Source: Octopus bimaculoides
Lineage: Eukaryota
Reading direction: 5' to 3'
Length of the DNA stretch: 45,886 nt
NCBI RefSeq assembly: GCF_001194135.2
Contig: NC_069003.1
Span: 21,991,317-22,037,202, forward strand
How positions within the stretch are numbered: position 1 is the first letter of the stretch; every line of letters starts with the position of its first letter. This document shows, piece by piece, positions 1 through 9,377 of the stretch. The notes below the pieces were generated by a model. That model did not search any database. It worked only from the letters and a program-made list of their open reading frames with translations, and was not told the DNA's origin. A program made the position numbers and the translations under genes.

Positions 1-225
1 GGCACATAAAAGACACCATTTCGAGCGTGGCCATTTTCATGCGGGTGACACGTAAAAGCACCCACTACACTCTCTGAGTGGTTGGCGTTAGGAAGGGCAT
101 CCAGCTGTAGAAACTCTGCCAAATCAGACTGGAGCCTGGTGTTGCCATCCGGTTTCACCAGTCCTCAGTCAAATCGTCCAACCCATGCTAGCATGGAAAG
201 CGGACGTTAAACGATGATGATGATG

Positions 226-226
<1 letters not shown>
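1..226 (+). mobile_element. 3' end of an RTE-tailed SINE/LINE family ending in (GAT)n
   Basis: ggcgttaggaagggcatccagctgtagaaac...catggaaagcggacgttaaacgatgatgatg. Homologous copies at about 23950-24055, 27845-28270 (-), 28975-29070 (-), 32025-32235, 35180-35335, 36668-36815 and 40460-40800 (-). Confidence 0.8.
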
Positions 227-265
<39 letters not shown>

Positions 266-317
266 GTATGTACATGTATATATATGTATATATATGTATG
301 TATGTATATATATATAT

Positions 318-1392
318 TTTCGAGAAGGCAGCCCCCTACTACAACAATGCCCAAGCCAATAATGGCTTTAAGGATAAATTAATATATAACCCCTCTAATA
401 TTAATTGGAATAATAATAATAATAATGACAGACCTAAAAATAGATCTGGGAAAATATTTTGATTCACCCCCTGTAAAAACTAACACAGGTAAAAGATTCC
501 TGTTTCTATTAGACAAACATTTTCCAGAAAATCAGATACAGGAAAATATCTAACAGGTGCTTAGAGAAATTATTATATAGCTGTTGCCCCAATATGAAAA
601 GTATCATTACGTCAGACCGACACCAAGAGCCCAGTCTCAGGAACCTGTCCACTCGACCAGCGATATATACTCTTTTACTTGTTTCAGTCATTTGACTGTG
701 GCCATGCTGGAGCACCGCCTTTAGTCGAGCAAATTGACCCCAGGACTTATTCTTTGGAAGCCTAGTACTTATTCTATCATTCCTCTTTTGCCGAACCGCT
801 AAGTTACGGGGATGTAAACACACGGTTGTCAAGCGATGTTGGGGGAGACAAACACAGACACACACACACACATATATACATATATATATATATATATACG
901 ACGGACTTCTTTCAGTTTCCATCTACCAAATCCACTCACAAGGCTTTGGTGGGCCCGAGGCTATAGTAGAAGACACTTGCCCAAGGTGCCATGCAGTAGA
1001 AATGAACCCGGAACCATGTGGTTCGTAAGCAAGTTACTTACCACACAGCCACTCCTGCGCCTATGAATAAATCTGTCATATATGAGATAGAAGTTACAGC
1101 AATGCTAGATAATAATACAACCAATAAGAAGAGCTATATTGGACTATGTGAATCACATGTCTTTCTTCTGACACAGGGACAGAAGTAAAGCTACTAAGCT
1201 GGCTAACCATGTATAGGGTTTGAAATCGAACACCACACCACATACGATAAGTGGAAAATAGTCAAAAAATCCACACCATATGATAAAAAAAATGTAAGCC
1301 ATGCATAGCTGAAAGAACTCAGATTCCTTTTAGATTTAAGAACTGTTGAATTGTAGATCCTAAATTTTCAGCAGTTGCAAGCGTATGCTTAC
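318..1392 (+). mobile_element. Decayed Penelope-like element (RT-EN linker and GIY-YIG), interrupted by a SINE
   Basis: FEKAAPYYNNA...KNRSGKIF*FTP...KTNTGKRFLFLLDKHFP at 318-530. VIYEIEVT...SYIGLCE...KLANHV*...WKIVKKSTPY...CKPCIAE at 1075-1320. Confidence 0.78.
670..1041 (-). mobile_element. tRNA-derived SINE (octopod OK/OR-like) with internal (TA)n/(CA)n
   Basis: Minus strand begins ggcgcaggagtggctgtgtggtaag...ggttc (A/B box-like). Copies at about 5508-5815, 22320-22635, 27220-27535 and 31080-31470 (all -), and 35990-36170, 36880-37020 and 38640-38830 (+). Confidence 0.82.
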
Positions 1393-1762
1393 GTTCCTGT
1401 TGACAAATTGGAAAGCGCCTCCCTGAATAGAATTGACTAACTGTACCATAGGCTCTAAGCCACTGTCTTTACAGCCTTATAATTTATAGTCTAAGGGAAA
1501 TAACTCTTATTCGCCAGTTTGCTTCTTTCGTTTCTCTTTTACATTTTCTGTTTTTTTTTAACTTTCCACCTTTTCTATATACTTCATTCTCACCTTTTTT
1601 CTCTTCCCATCTTTAGTTCGTTATGCCATGTGGGCATAATGATTATTGTGTTGGGACACCAGACATGTTATAAAACACTATTTGGCATGTTCTCAGCACA
1701 TGAAGCTAATTGTAGTGCATAAAAACATATATTGTTTATTAAATAATACACACACACCCACC

Positions 1763-1798
<36 letters not shown>

Positions 1799-2023
1799 NN
1801 NNNNNNNNNNNNNNCATACATATATGTACATACATACATCTATATGTATTCATACGTGCATATATGGGTACAGGACATTAAGAAAAACGTTAAACACAAT
1901 GAGAAATGAAAACAGAAAACGAACTTTTTCGAACAACGAAAAAAACAAACAAACAGAGAAACGAGACATGCAACATAAAGAGTATATCCCTTCGTCAGTT
2001 GTCCCTGTATGTATGCATATTTA

Positions 2024-2258
2024 TATTGTGTTGGTGCATAATTATTGTGGCTTTTTTATTTCAATATATTTTATTCGACAAAGCAATAACAATATTTAAC
2101 AAAAACATCTTTAAATGACAGTCTGACCGTCTGCCAAGCAAATGGGAAGCAGTAATTGAAGTAGATGGTGAATATGCTCTGGAATAATCATTTAAAGATG
2201 TTTTTGTTGAATAAAGTTTATTGAAAAAAAGCCGCAATAATTATGCACCAACCCAATA
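2024..2258. mobile_element. Non-autonomous mariner/Tc1 derivative (MITE)
   Basis: Long TIRs tattgtgttggtgcataattattgtggc / gccgcaataattatgcaccaacccaata in TA context. Interior encodes LPSKWEAVIEVDGEY, a mariner C-terminal motif. Confidence 0.82.
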
Positions 2259-2379
2259 TATATATATACATACACACACACATCTGGCTTTAGAAATTCC
2301 AACCATGGCTAACACATCTTTTTCCAACACGCAGGAATCTAGGACTACATAATCCAATGTTTTATCTTTTTAAAGAATG

Positions 2380-4330
2380 GGTGCAGGTATGACTGTGTGG
2401 TTAAAAAGTTTGCTCTATAGGATGCACTGGGTACATCCCATAGAGTTACTACCTACACCTTTTCTACATATTGAGCAGGGCCATCTACCTGAATGGGTTT
2501 GTGTTTTATCTACCTTCCTACTTATTAGGACTTTGGTTTTTGCTAGGTTGACTGTAAGGTCCTTCAATTCTAGACTTTGCTTCCAGACCTAAAACTTCTC
2601 TAGTTCTGGTAGTGACTCAGCTGTAAGAGTGAGCTCAACAGCATACAGGAGCTCTCAGGGGCAGCTTGTCTTGAATTCCTCTGTTACTGCCTGGAGGAGT
2701 ATGGTAAACAAGAGGCCAAGGACTGATCTTTGGTGAACTACTTCTATCTGGAATTTTTCACTATACTCGTTGCCAACCTTCACTTTACTGACAGCATTGT
2801 GTACATGGCTTGTACAGCTCTCACCAACCACTCATCTATCCCTAATTTTGACATTGACCACCAGATAAGGGATCAGGGGACCTTATCAAAGGCTTTCTCC
2901 AGGTCAACAAAAGCCAAGTACAGAGGTTTATATTTGGCTAGGAATTTCTCCTGCAGCTGTCTTACCAGAAATATAGCATCAGTAGTGCTTCTTCTTAGCA
3001 CAAACCCAAACAGCATCTCATCTAAACTAACTCTCCTGAATTAGTTGGGTTATGATCCTCACCTTGACTGTAATCACCTGATCCAACAATTTGATAGCTC
3101 TGTAATTATTCTTATCTCATGCACCATTTTACTTTTGTAGCAGTTGACTATGGTGTTACTACACCGGTCACTGGGTATGACTCCTTCATGTATCAACTGA
3201 TTGACTAAATGGGTGACTAGACTGCCAGATATTTTAAACATCTCAGCAATGATTCATGATAAGCAGGAAGCTTTCCCTGTCTTCATACCCTTAATTGCTT
3301 TATCTACGAAGGTACCGTCAATTCGAACAACTGGTCCCTCTGTTGGGTTGACATTTGGCAGACTCTCTTTCTCCTATTCATTCAGCAACCTTTCATAGTC
3401 ATGCCTCCAAGCTTCTCTCTTGGCAGAATCATTATATGCAAGTGAGTTATCATCCACACACACACATTTCAAAATACTTCAAGTCTCTGGTCCTTGGCAA
3501 ATTTTTCTTATCTGCCTCAGTAAACCTGTCTCCTGGCTATCTTATACCGTTCCCTGCTACCACCACATTCCCAGTCCTTCCATGCCTGTTTCTTTTCCCC
3601 AATAGCCCTGTCAACTACATTTTCCCACCACCATGTTACCTTAGGTTGAGAGGGTACTTTGCACCAGCCATAGATCTGGTCAGTAGCCCTTAACAGGTTG
3701 TCCCATCCTCCACATTAAGTAATGCTATATCTTCCTCTTTTTCGTCAAAAGCTTCAAGTAATGTCTCTAAATCTGTCCATTCAGAGGATCCTTAAGCTTC
3801 CAGATCCCTCTTTTCCATGCTGGTCATCCATTTAGCCCTGATCCTGAAGTCATTAACTACTAACCTATGTTGTGGGGTGCATTCTTCACCTGGGAAAGTT
3901 TTGGCATTTATAAACAGCCATCTTTCTCGTTTCCTGACGAGAATGCAGTCAATCTGATTAGTGTACCGACCAGACTGGTAAGTGAACAGGTGACTGGCAG
4001 GTTTCCTGAAGTTAGTATTATAAATCATAAGATCATTTGTCTCACAGGACTCCAGCTGCCTGGCTCCCTCCTCATTGCAAGAACCAAATCTATTACCACC
4101 ATGTACACCATGGAAGCTCCCTGAATGTTGTCCAACATGCTCGTTGAAGTCGCCAGCCACAAAGAGAAGGTTCCTTTCATTTGTTGACGATATAGTCTGC
4201 AAGAGGGTGTCATAAAATCTGTTTTCCTGTTCATCAGGTAGCCCTGACTGAGGGGCATAGGCCGAGATAATGGTTGTAAATCCATGTTGCAGCACTAGTC
4301 TAAGCTTAAGTACTCTATCACAGACTGATT
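2380..4330 (-). mobile_element. Decayed RTE-clade LINE (APE endonuclease and downstream ORF)
   Basis: IISAYAPQ...VAGDFNEHVG...NTNFRKPASHLFTYQSG...QIDCILVR (3792-4295), continuing leftward with stops and frameshifts. Confidence 0.82.
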
Positions 4331-5599
4331 ACTTCGATTACCTTATCAGCCCATTTCTTTGCAAGGAGTATACCCACACCCCCAACCCCATCAGTGTTCC
4401 CTACCCAGAAAATCTTATACCTATGTTCTTTGCCTGTGAGGACCTAGAGGAACCTCCTCTCCACCTTACTTCATGGATGCAGCACAGAATCTATACGTTT
4501 CTGCTCAAGCATCTCAACAATTTCACCAGACCTACCTTTCAATGTTCCAGCATTAAGTGTGGAAGGTGTGCGTGGCGAGACCCTGGGGATGGGGGACAGC
4601 AGCATCATGCATCTGAAAAGAAATCTCGCATGAGCGTTTGGCAGATCTCATAAACATACAAATAGGCTTCAACCTGCACACACTTCACCATCATTATTAT
4701 ATTCACTGCATAATCATGATGTTCAACAGGAGAAAGACACTAGATAGGAATGGACTGGGAAGGGAGGGGGAAGTGTTCCGTATAGTAGACAGTTAGAGGT
4801 GCTCAGGAGAAAGACACCCAGTAGAGGTCAGAAGAGAAAGACTTCCAATATAGGTGGCAGGGATGATGTGAGGGCACACCACGAATGGCAAAGAACTGTG
4901 GCTACCCTATTCCCCAACAAAAGCTGATGTGGCATAGCCGCTGACAAAGCAAGCTACTAATTAACAATCAACATGGAAAAAGCAAGTGGTTAACAAAACA
5001 GAGAGAGAGAGAGATAGGGAGGGAGGGAGGGAGAGCGGTGAAATCTTTGAGAATTAGTGCTAGTTGAAGAAACAATGGAGCATTTNNNNNNNNNNNNNNN
5101 NNNNNNNNNNNNNNNNNNNNNNNNNNNNNNNNNNNNNNNNNNNNNNNNNNNNNNNNNNNNNNNNNNNNNNNNNNNNNNNNNNNNNNNNNNNNNNNNNNNN
5201 NNNNNNNNNNNNNNNNNNNNNNNNNNNNNNNNNNNNNNNNNNNNNNNNNNNNNNNNNNNNNNNNNNNNNNNNNNNNNNNNNNNNNNNNNNNNNNNNNNNN
5301 NNNNNNNNNNNNNNNNNNNNNNNNNNNNNNNNNNNNNNNNNNNNNNNNNNNNNNNNNNNNNNNNNNNNNNNNNNNNNNNNNNNNNNNNNNNNNNNNNNNN
5401 NNNNNNNNNNNNNNNNNNNNNNNNNNNNNNNNNNNNNNNNNNNNNNNNNNNNNNNNNNNNNNNNNNNNNNNNNNNNNNNNNNNNNNNNNNNNNNNNNNNN
5501 NNNNNNNAGTACTTATTCTATCGGTCTCTTTTGCCAAATCGCTAAGTTATGGGGACGTAAACACACCAGCATCGGTTGTCAAGCGATGTTGGGGGACAA

Positions 5600-5640
<41 letters not shown>

Positions 5641-6740
5641 CATATACATATATATGACGAGCTTCTTTCAGTTTCCATCTACCAAATCCACTCACAAGGC
5701 TTTGGTCGGCCCAAGGCTATAGTAGAAGACACTTGCCCAAGGTGCCACGCAGTGGAACTGAACCCAGAACCATGTGGTTCGTAAGCAAGCTACTTACCAC
5801 ACAGCCACTCCTACGATATTTATAATGAGTGTTAAAGTGAGAGAGAATTGAATTGAACATGGGGTTTTCTAAGTTTACTATAACATACAGCATGGAATAA
5901 ACAATGGGTCGTGCCTTTGTGTTCCCTCACCACCACCACCACTATTGCTCGACAACTGATGCTGATATGTTTGTCTCCATAACTTTATGGTTTGGCAAAA
6001 GTGACCAATAGAATAAGTCCTGGAGTCAATCTCATCAGCTAAAAAGCCCTTTATGGCCACAGTCAATTAACTGAAACAGGTAAATGAATAAAAGAATATA
6101 ATTCCTAATAATATTTAATTATAAAAATACAACGGGAATTTTTTTTAAACCTTGAATGTCTATGAAGGTCTACCCAAGGAAGATAGGAATCAAAAGGGGT
6201 TCATAGGCAAAATTGGTTGAGAGACACTGCTCTAAAGGAACACTGAAAGCCTTGATTTTACACCATTTTGCTCAGGACTTTGATGAGCATTGCATCAACT
6301 CAAAAGTATTTTTCCTACTAAGTATGAGCTATTGTAATGGTAAGAGAAAATCAAATTTTACAGGAAAATGTCATAGAAACAAGAGAAACAAAATATTTGA
6401 GAGAAACTTTTATTGTTTTTATGAATTTTATTTTAGTACATACACCAAGACTTTTCTACTTTTTGCAGAAAACATTTTCATTTTTTTTTTTTTTTAAAGA
6501 AAAATTAAGTAGATCATGGAAAACCATGCATAAACAAATAGTCAAGGAAAACAAGTATTGTGCGAGAATGACCTCGTATTAATGAAACAAAAAATTCTTA
6601 TTCAACAACAAATTAATTGGGAATTAATTTACCAGTATGCTTGTGCAAAATCATCATTATTATTATTGGTTTTCAAAGCGGAAGCTATGAGTTTTTGGCC
6701 AATTGTCACTGAAAATTTTGTTATATCTATTAATATTTTT

Positions 6741-7841
6741 CAATATTTCTGTAGCCAAGCCGACTAGGTTCTTGCAGAGCTAGTCGGTTAGGCGAAATTT
6801 CCCCCATTTAGGGGCAAAATTTTCATTAGAACTTTTCAATTTTACACTTTTCACATATCTTATTTTTGAAAAAATGTTGTTGAAGAGAGCAGCGAGCTGT
6901 TCTCTTCTCTCTGCTTCACTCCCCGAAAAAAAGAACGACATGTCAAGTCGCATTTCACCCCGCCCAGCTGACGCCATAAAAGGCAAACTTTTGAATGCCG
7001 AGGAACGTTCTGCCACCTGCAGCATTCCTGATTCCAGTCTGTTTAACAGACTTTCTCATATACACTTCCCAGCTCTCACCTCCACCATTGCTCCTACACT
7101 GGAGAAGGAGGAAGAAAAAAACAACACCAAGACCACAACCAGTTGCCATTGTAACGGTTTCGCTTCCGCAGCTAAACAGAGCTCGGAAGAAACCAAAGTT
7201 ACAATGGCAGAAATAAACAATGCTAAGGAGTTGTTAAGAAAAGATGGCAATAATGTCTTTCTTAACACTCCACAAGCATTGATACAAGCAACAAACAGAA
7301 GAACAATAATATACAAGGTGTTCAACACAAGATACCACAAAATGGAGAGTGCTACTCCACAGAGGTTGGAGATAGCTCTAAAACCCATATGGGGCCAGAA
7401 AAGTTTTGTAAACAAAGGGAAGCGCTTTGGAACAGTGGAAGTGCGCTTCCCAACGGAAGAGGATGCCATCCGGCACTCCACAACACCATTGAAGGCGGAC
7501 GATCTATTACTCGTGCCGACATTGAAGAGACTGCCGCTATTCTAGAAGTGCATAGAATGAAAGAGAAAAACTTGTCGGGTATGGGAATGCAGCTCCTTGT
7601 TCAAATTGAACAAAATAGCAGAAATGCCATACCTGACGCAATAAACTTGCCGGATGGCAGTAGGATACACTTTGCTGTAGAGGGCCGCAGACCAAAAGCC
7701 TCCACACCACCATCTCCACCCATCACCAAACCAACACCAAGAACCTCCCACCAAAGAAGAAAATAACAGAGCCAGCAACAACAACAACAGAAATTGCAAA
7801 AGAATTTTCGCCAGACCCTACGGACATTCCCTTCCCAGATC
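6741..7841 (+). mobile_element. Tx1/L1-clade LINE copy 1, 5' UTR and ORF1 (internally deleted), left of the EVE
   Basis: ORF1-like translation (6874-7545) homologous to copies 2 and 3. 5' UTR hairpin gccgactag...ctagtcggt. Deletions at about 7522 and 7696, the second removing the zinc knuckle. Confidence 0.8.
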
Positions 7842-7974
7842 CTACTAAATTTAATTTAATTACAAGAGAGGAGGAGTCCGGACTCCTCAGAGACAGCGAT
7901 GCCGCTGGAGGAAGAGGTGCCCCCTCTAGTTTATACGTTTCTGCAGCGCTTGTGTGTATAGAAAATAAATTGTA

Positions 7975-8036
7975 TGACGTCATCTATCACGTGATATACA
8001 GCATATAACAGGAAGTATACGAGCAGCAGCTCAGTT
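7975..8036 (+). promoter_or_regulatory. Predicted Pol II promoter for VP
   Basis: TGACGTCA (CRE) 7975-7982, CACGTG (E-box) 7988-7993, TATAA 8004-8008, CAGGAAGT (ETS-like) 8009-8016, and TCAGTT initiator 8031-8036 whose A lies 29 nt from the TATA start. Confidence 0.65.
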
Positions 8037-8042
8037 CCTGTT

Positions 8043-9287
8043 ATGCCGCCGAGGAAGAAAGATCGTGAAGCAGACAAAACTATAGAATTTCACGTACCGG
8101 GATATAAATTCTTAGGACCTGGAACTGATCTGAAATACAGACGACATCAGAAACCAGTAAACAAATTAGATGCCATAGCAAAAACACATGACCTCGCTTA
8201 CGAAAATCCTAATAAGGACACCTGGGAATCAGACAAGGAATTCATCAGAAACGCTGTTAAAGAAGGACCCACTGGCATCCTCACAGCTGGAGCTATATCT
8301 CTTAAACATTATAGCGGACTTGATAAGAAGTTCAGAGGCGCCAACAGCAATTCTAATAGCGTTACTCATAGCGATTACGATCTTAAAAATATGGCTGAGG
8401 AATCGACAAGCAACGAAGGCGCAACAGCAGCATCAGCAGGATGGGCTGGAAGTCAAGTTCAAACGGCATCAATCCCTGAAGCCACTGGAAACTTCAGTGG
8501 AGACGTCTGCTTCAAAAGAAGATTCAGACACGGAGTTAAAACAACTCAAATGAACAACGCTAAAGTCAAGTTCACGAAATTTCAGGGCAACGAAGCTGGC
8601 TACCACAACGTGGGACACAGCGCATACGGAGAGGTTACTTCGGAGGACTACATCATCCCTTACTGGTTGACATCATGGGTAAACCCGATACAATTCGAAC
8701 AAACTATGAAAACGGCTACATCCTACAGGATAAAGTCCGTAGGTTTCGAAATATCCAACGTCATGGGTGGCGAATGGACATCTAGAAACAACGAAGAAGT
8801 ATTCTTATACACAGAAGTATCAGACATCAATTACGATCACCAACAACCTATCAAAAAAAAAGACGGAACACATTCTATCAGCAGCGGAAACATGGTAACA
8901 GCCAACAGAACACTGATAAACAAAGTGCTTTACACTTCAGAAGACCCGCCCCAACTCGTTTACATCAACGTACCAGCAGCATGCAGACCCAATGGGACGG
9001 CAGCTCAACTCTACTTCACCTTCGACATAACATACTTCCTGGAGGTGGAATGCTACTTCGAAGCTATGCACCACCCACAAAAAGTAGCAACCATATGCCC
9101 TGAAGTAGCACGACAGTCCACGTACAAAAACTTCAACTACGACCTCTTCTTAGTCACGCCCCCTGGAAGGCACTTGAATCATATCACACCCAAAGGGAAA
9201 AGGCACGGCAGAACAACATTCATCGACGAGGACTCGGCCGGAAACAAAGTACTTCAACATCTGTCAGGCCACTTCGTTAATCGCTAA
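8043..9287 (+). CDS. Parvovirus-like capsid VP1 (414 aa) with N-terminal PLA2 domain; probable VP2 start at Met117 (8391)
   Basis: Ca-binding loop VPGYKFLGPG, catalytic KLDAIAKTHDLAY and downstream SDKEF Asp. Basic N-terminus PPRKK. Ala/Gly/Ser-rich stretch after a strong-context ATG (aaaaatATGg). IPYWLTSWVNPIQFEQTMKTATSYRIKSVGFEISNV resembles the conserved parvoviral capsid core. No stops. Confidence 0.88.
   Translation: MPPRKKDREADKTIEFHVPGYKFLGPGTDLKYRRHQKPVNKLDAIAKTHDLAYENPNKDTWESDKEFIRNAVKEGPTGILTAGAISLKHYSGLDKKFRGANSNSNSVTHSDYDLKNMAEESTSNEGATAASAGWAGSQVQTASIPEATGNFSGDVCFKRRFRHGVKTTQMNNAKVKFTKFQGNEAGYHNVGHSAYGEVTSEDYIIPYWLTSWVNPIQFEQTMKTATSYRIKSVGFEISNVMGGEWTSRNNEEVFLYTEVSDINYDHQQPIKKKDGTHSISSGNMVTANRTLINKVLYTSEDPPQLVYINVPAACRPNGTAAQLYFTFDITYFLEVECYFEAMHHPQKVATICPEVARQSTYKNFNYDLFLVTPPGRHLNHITPKGKRHGRTTFIDEDSAGNKVLQHLSGHFVNR
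8188..8553 (+). CDS. Overprinted +1-frame ORF (121 aa) with one predicted transmembrane helix, X/ARF1/MAAP/SAT-like
   Basis: Stop-free for 121 codons in the +1 frame over the PLA2 C-terminal half and the VP1u/VP2 boundary. Hydrophobic APTAILIALLIAITILKIWL followed by basic RNR and a polar tail. Confidence 0.5.
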   Translation: MTSLTKILIRTPGNQTRNSSETLLKKDPLASSQLELYLLNIIADLIRSSEAPTAILIALLIAITILKIWLRNRQATKAQQQHQQDGLEVKFKRHQSLKPLETSVETSASKEDSDTELKQLK

Positions 9288-9314
9288 TACCAGCGACAGC
9301 GTTTACTAAACACT

Positions 9315-9360
9315 GGGCGGGAAAAAACTATATATATACAACTACGAAAACACGATCACA
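9315..9360 (+). promoter_or_regulatory. Predicted Pol II promoter for NS
   Basis: GGGCGG GC box 9315-9320, TATATATATA 9329-9338, and TCA initiator-like at 9356-9358 (29 nt from the TATA start); ATG at 9378. Confidence 0.6.
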
Positions 9361-9377
9361 CCACACAGCCGCCAGCG

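Noticed and set aside
169-462. Short ORFs rich in YI/IY and HT/TH repeats, here and elsewhere
   Set aside because: Translations of (TA)n and (CA)n microsatellites.
4968-5657. Long ORFs at 4968-5657, 10980-12029 and 21179-21623
   Set aside because: They stay open only because they span N-gaps (5086-5507, 11190-11776, 21285-21397) or homopolymer runs.
7846-7864. CRESS-virus nonanucleotide (TTTAATTAC) as a replication origin
   Set aside because: Does not fit NANTATTAC and is not in the loop of a stem.
8043-8340. PLA2 as part of a Polinton/adintovirus or a host secreted PLA2
   Set aside because: No signal peptide or Cys-rich scaffold and no pPolB, integrase or ATPase nearby; it is fused to a parvovirus-like capsid core and paired with an HUH gene.
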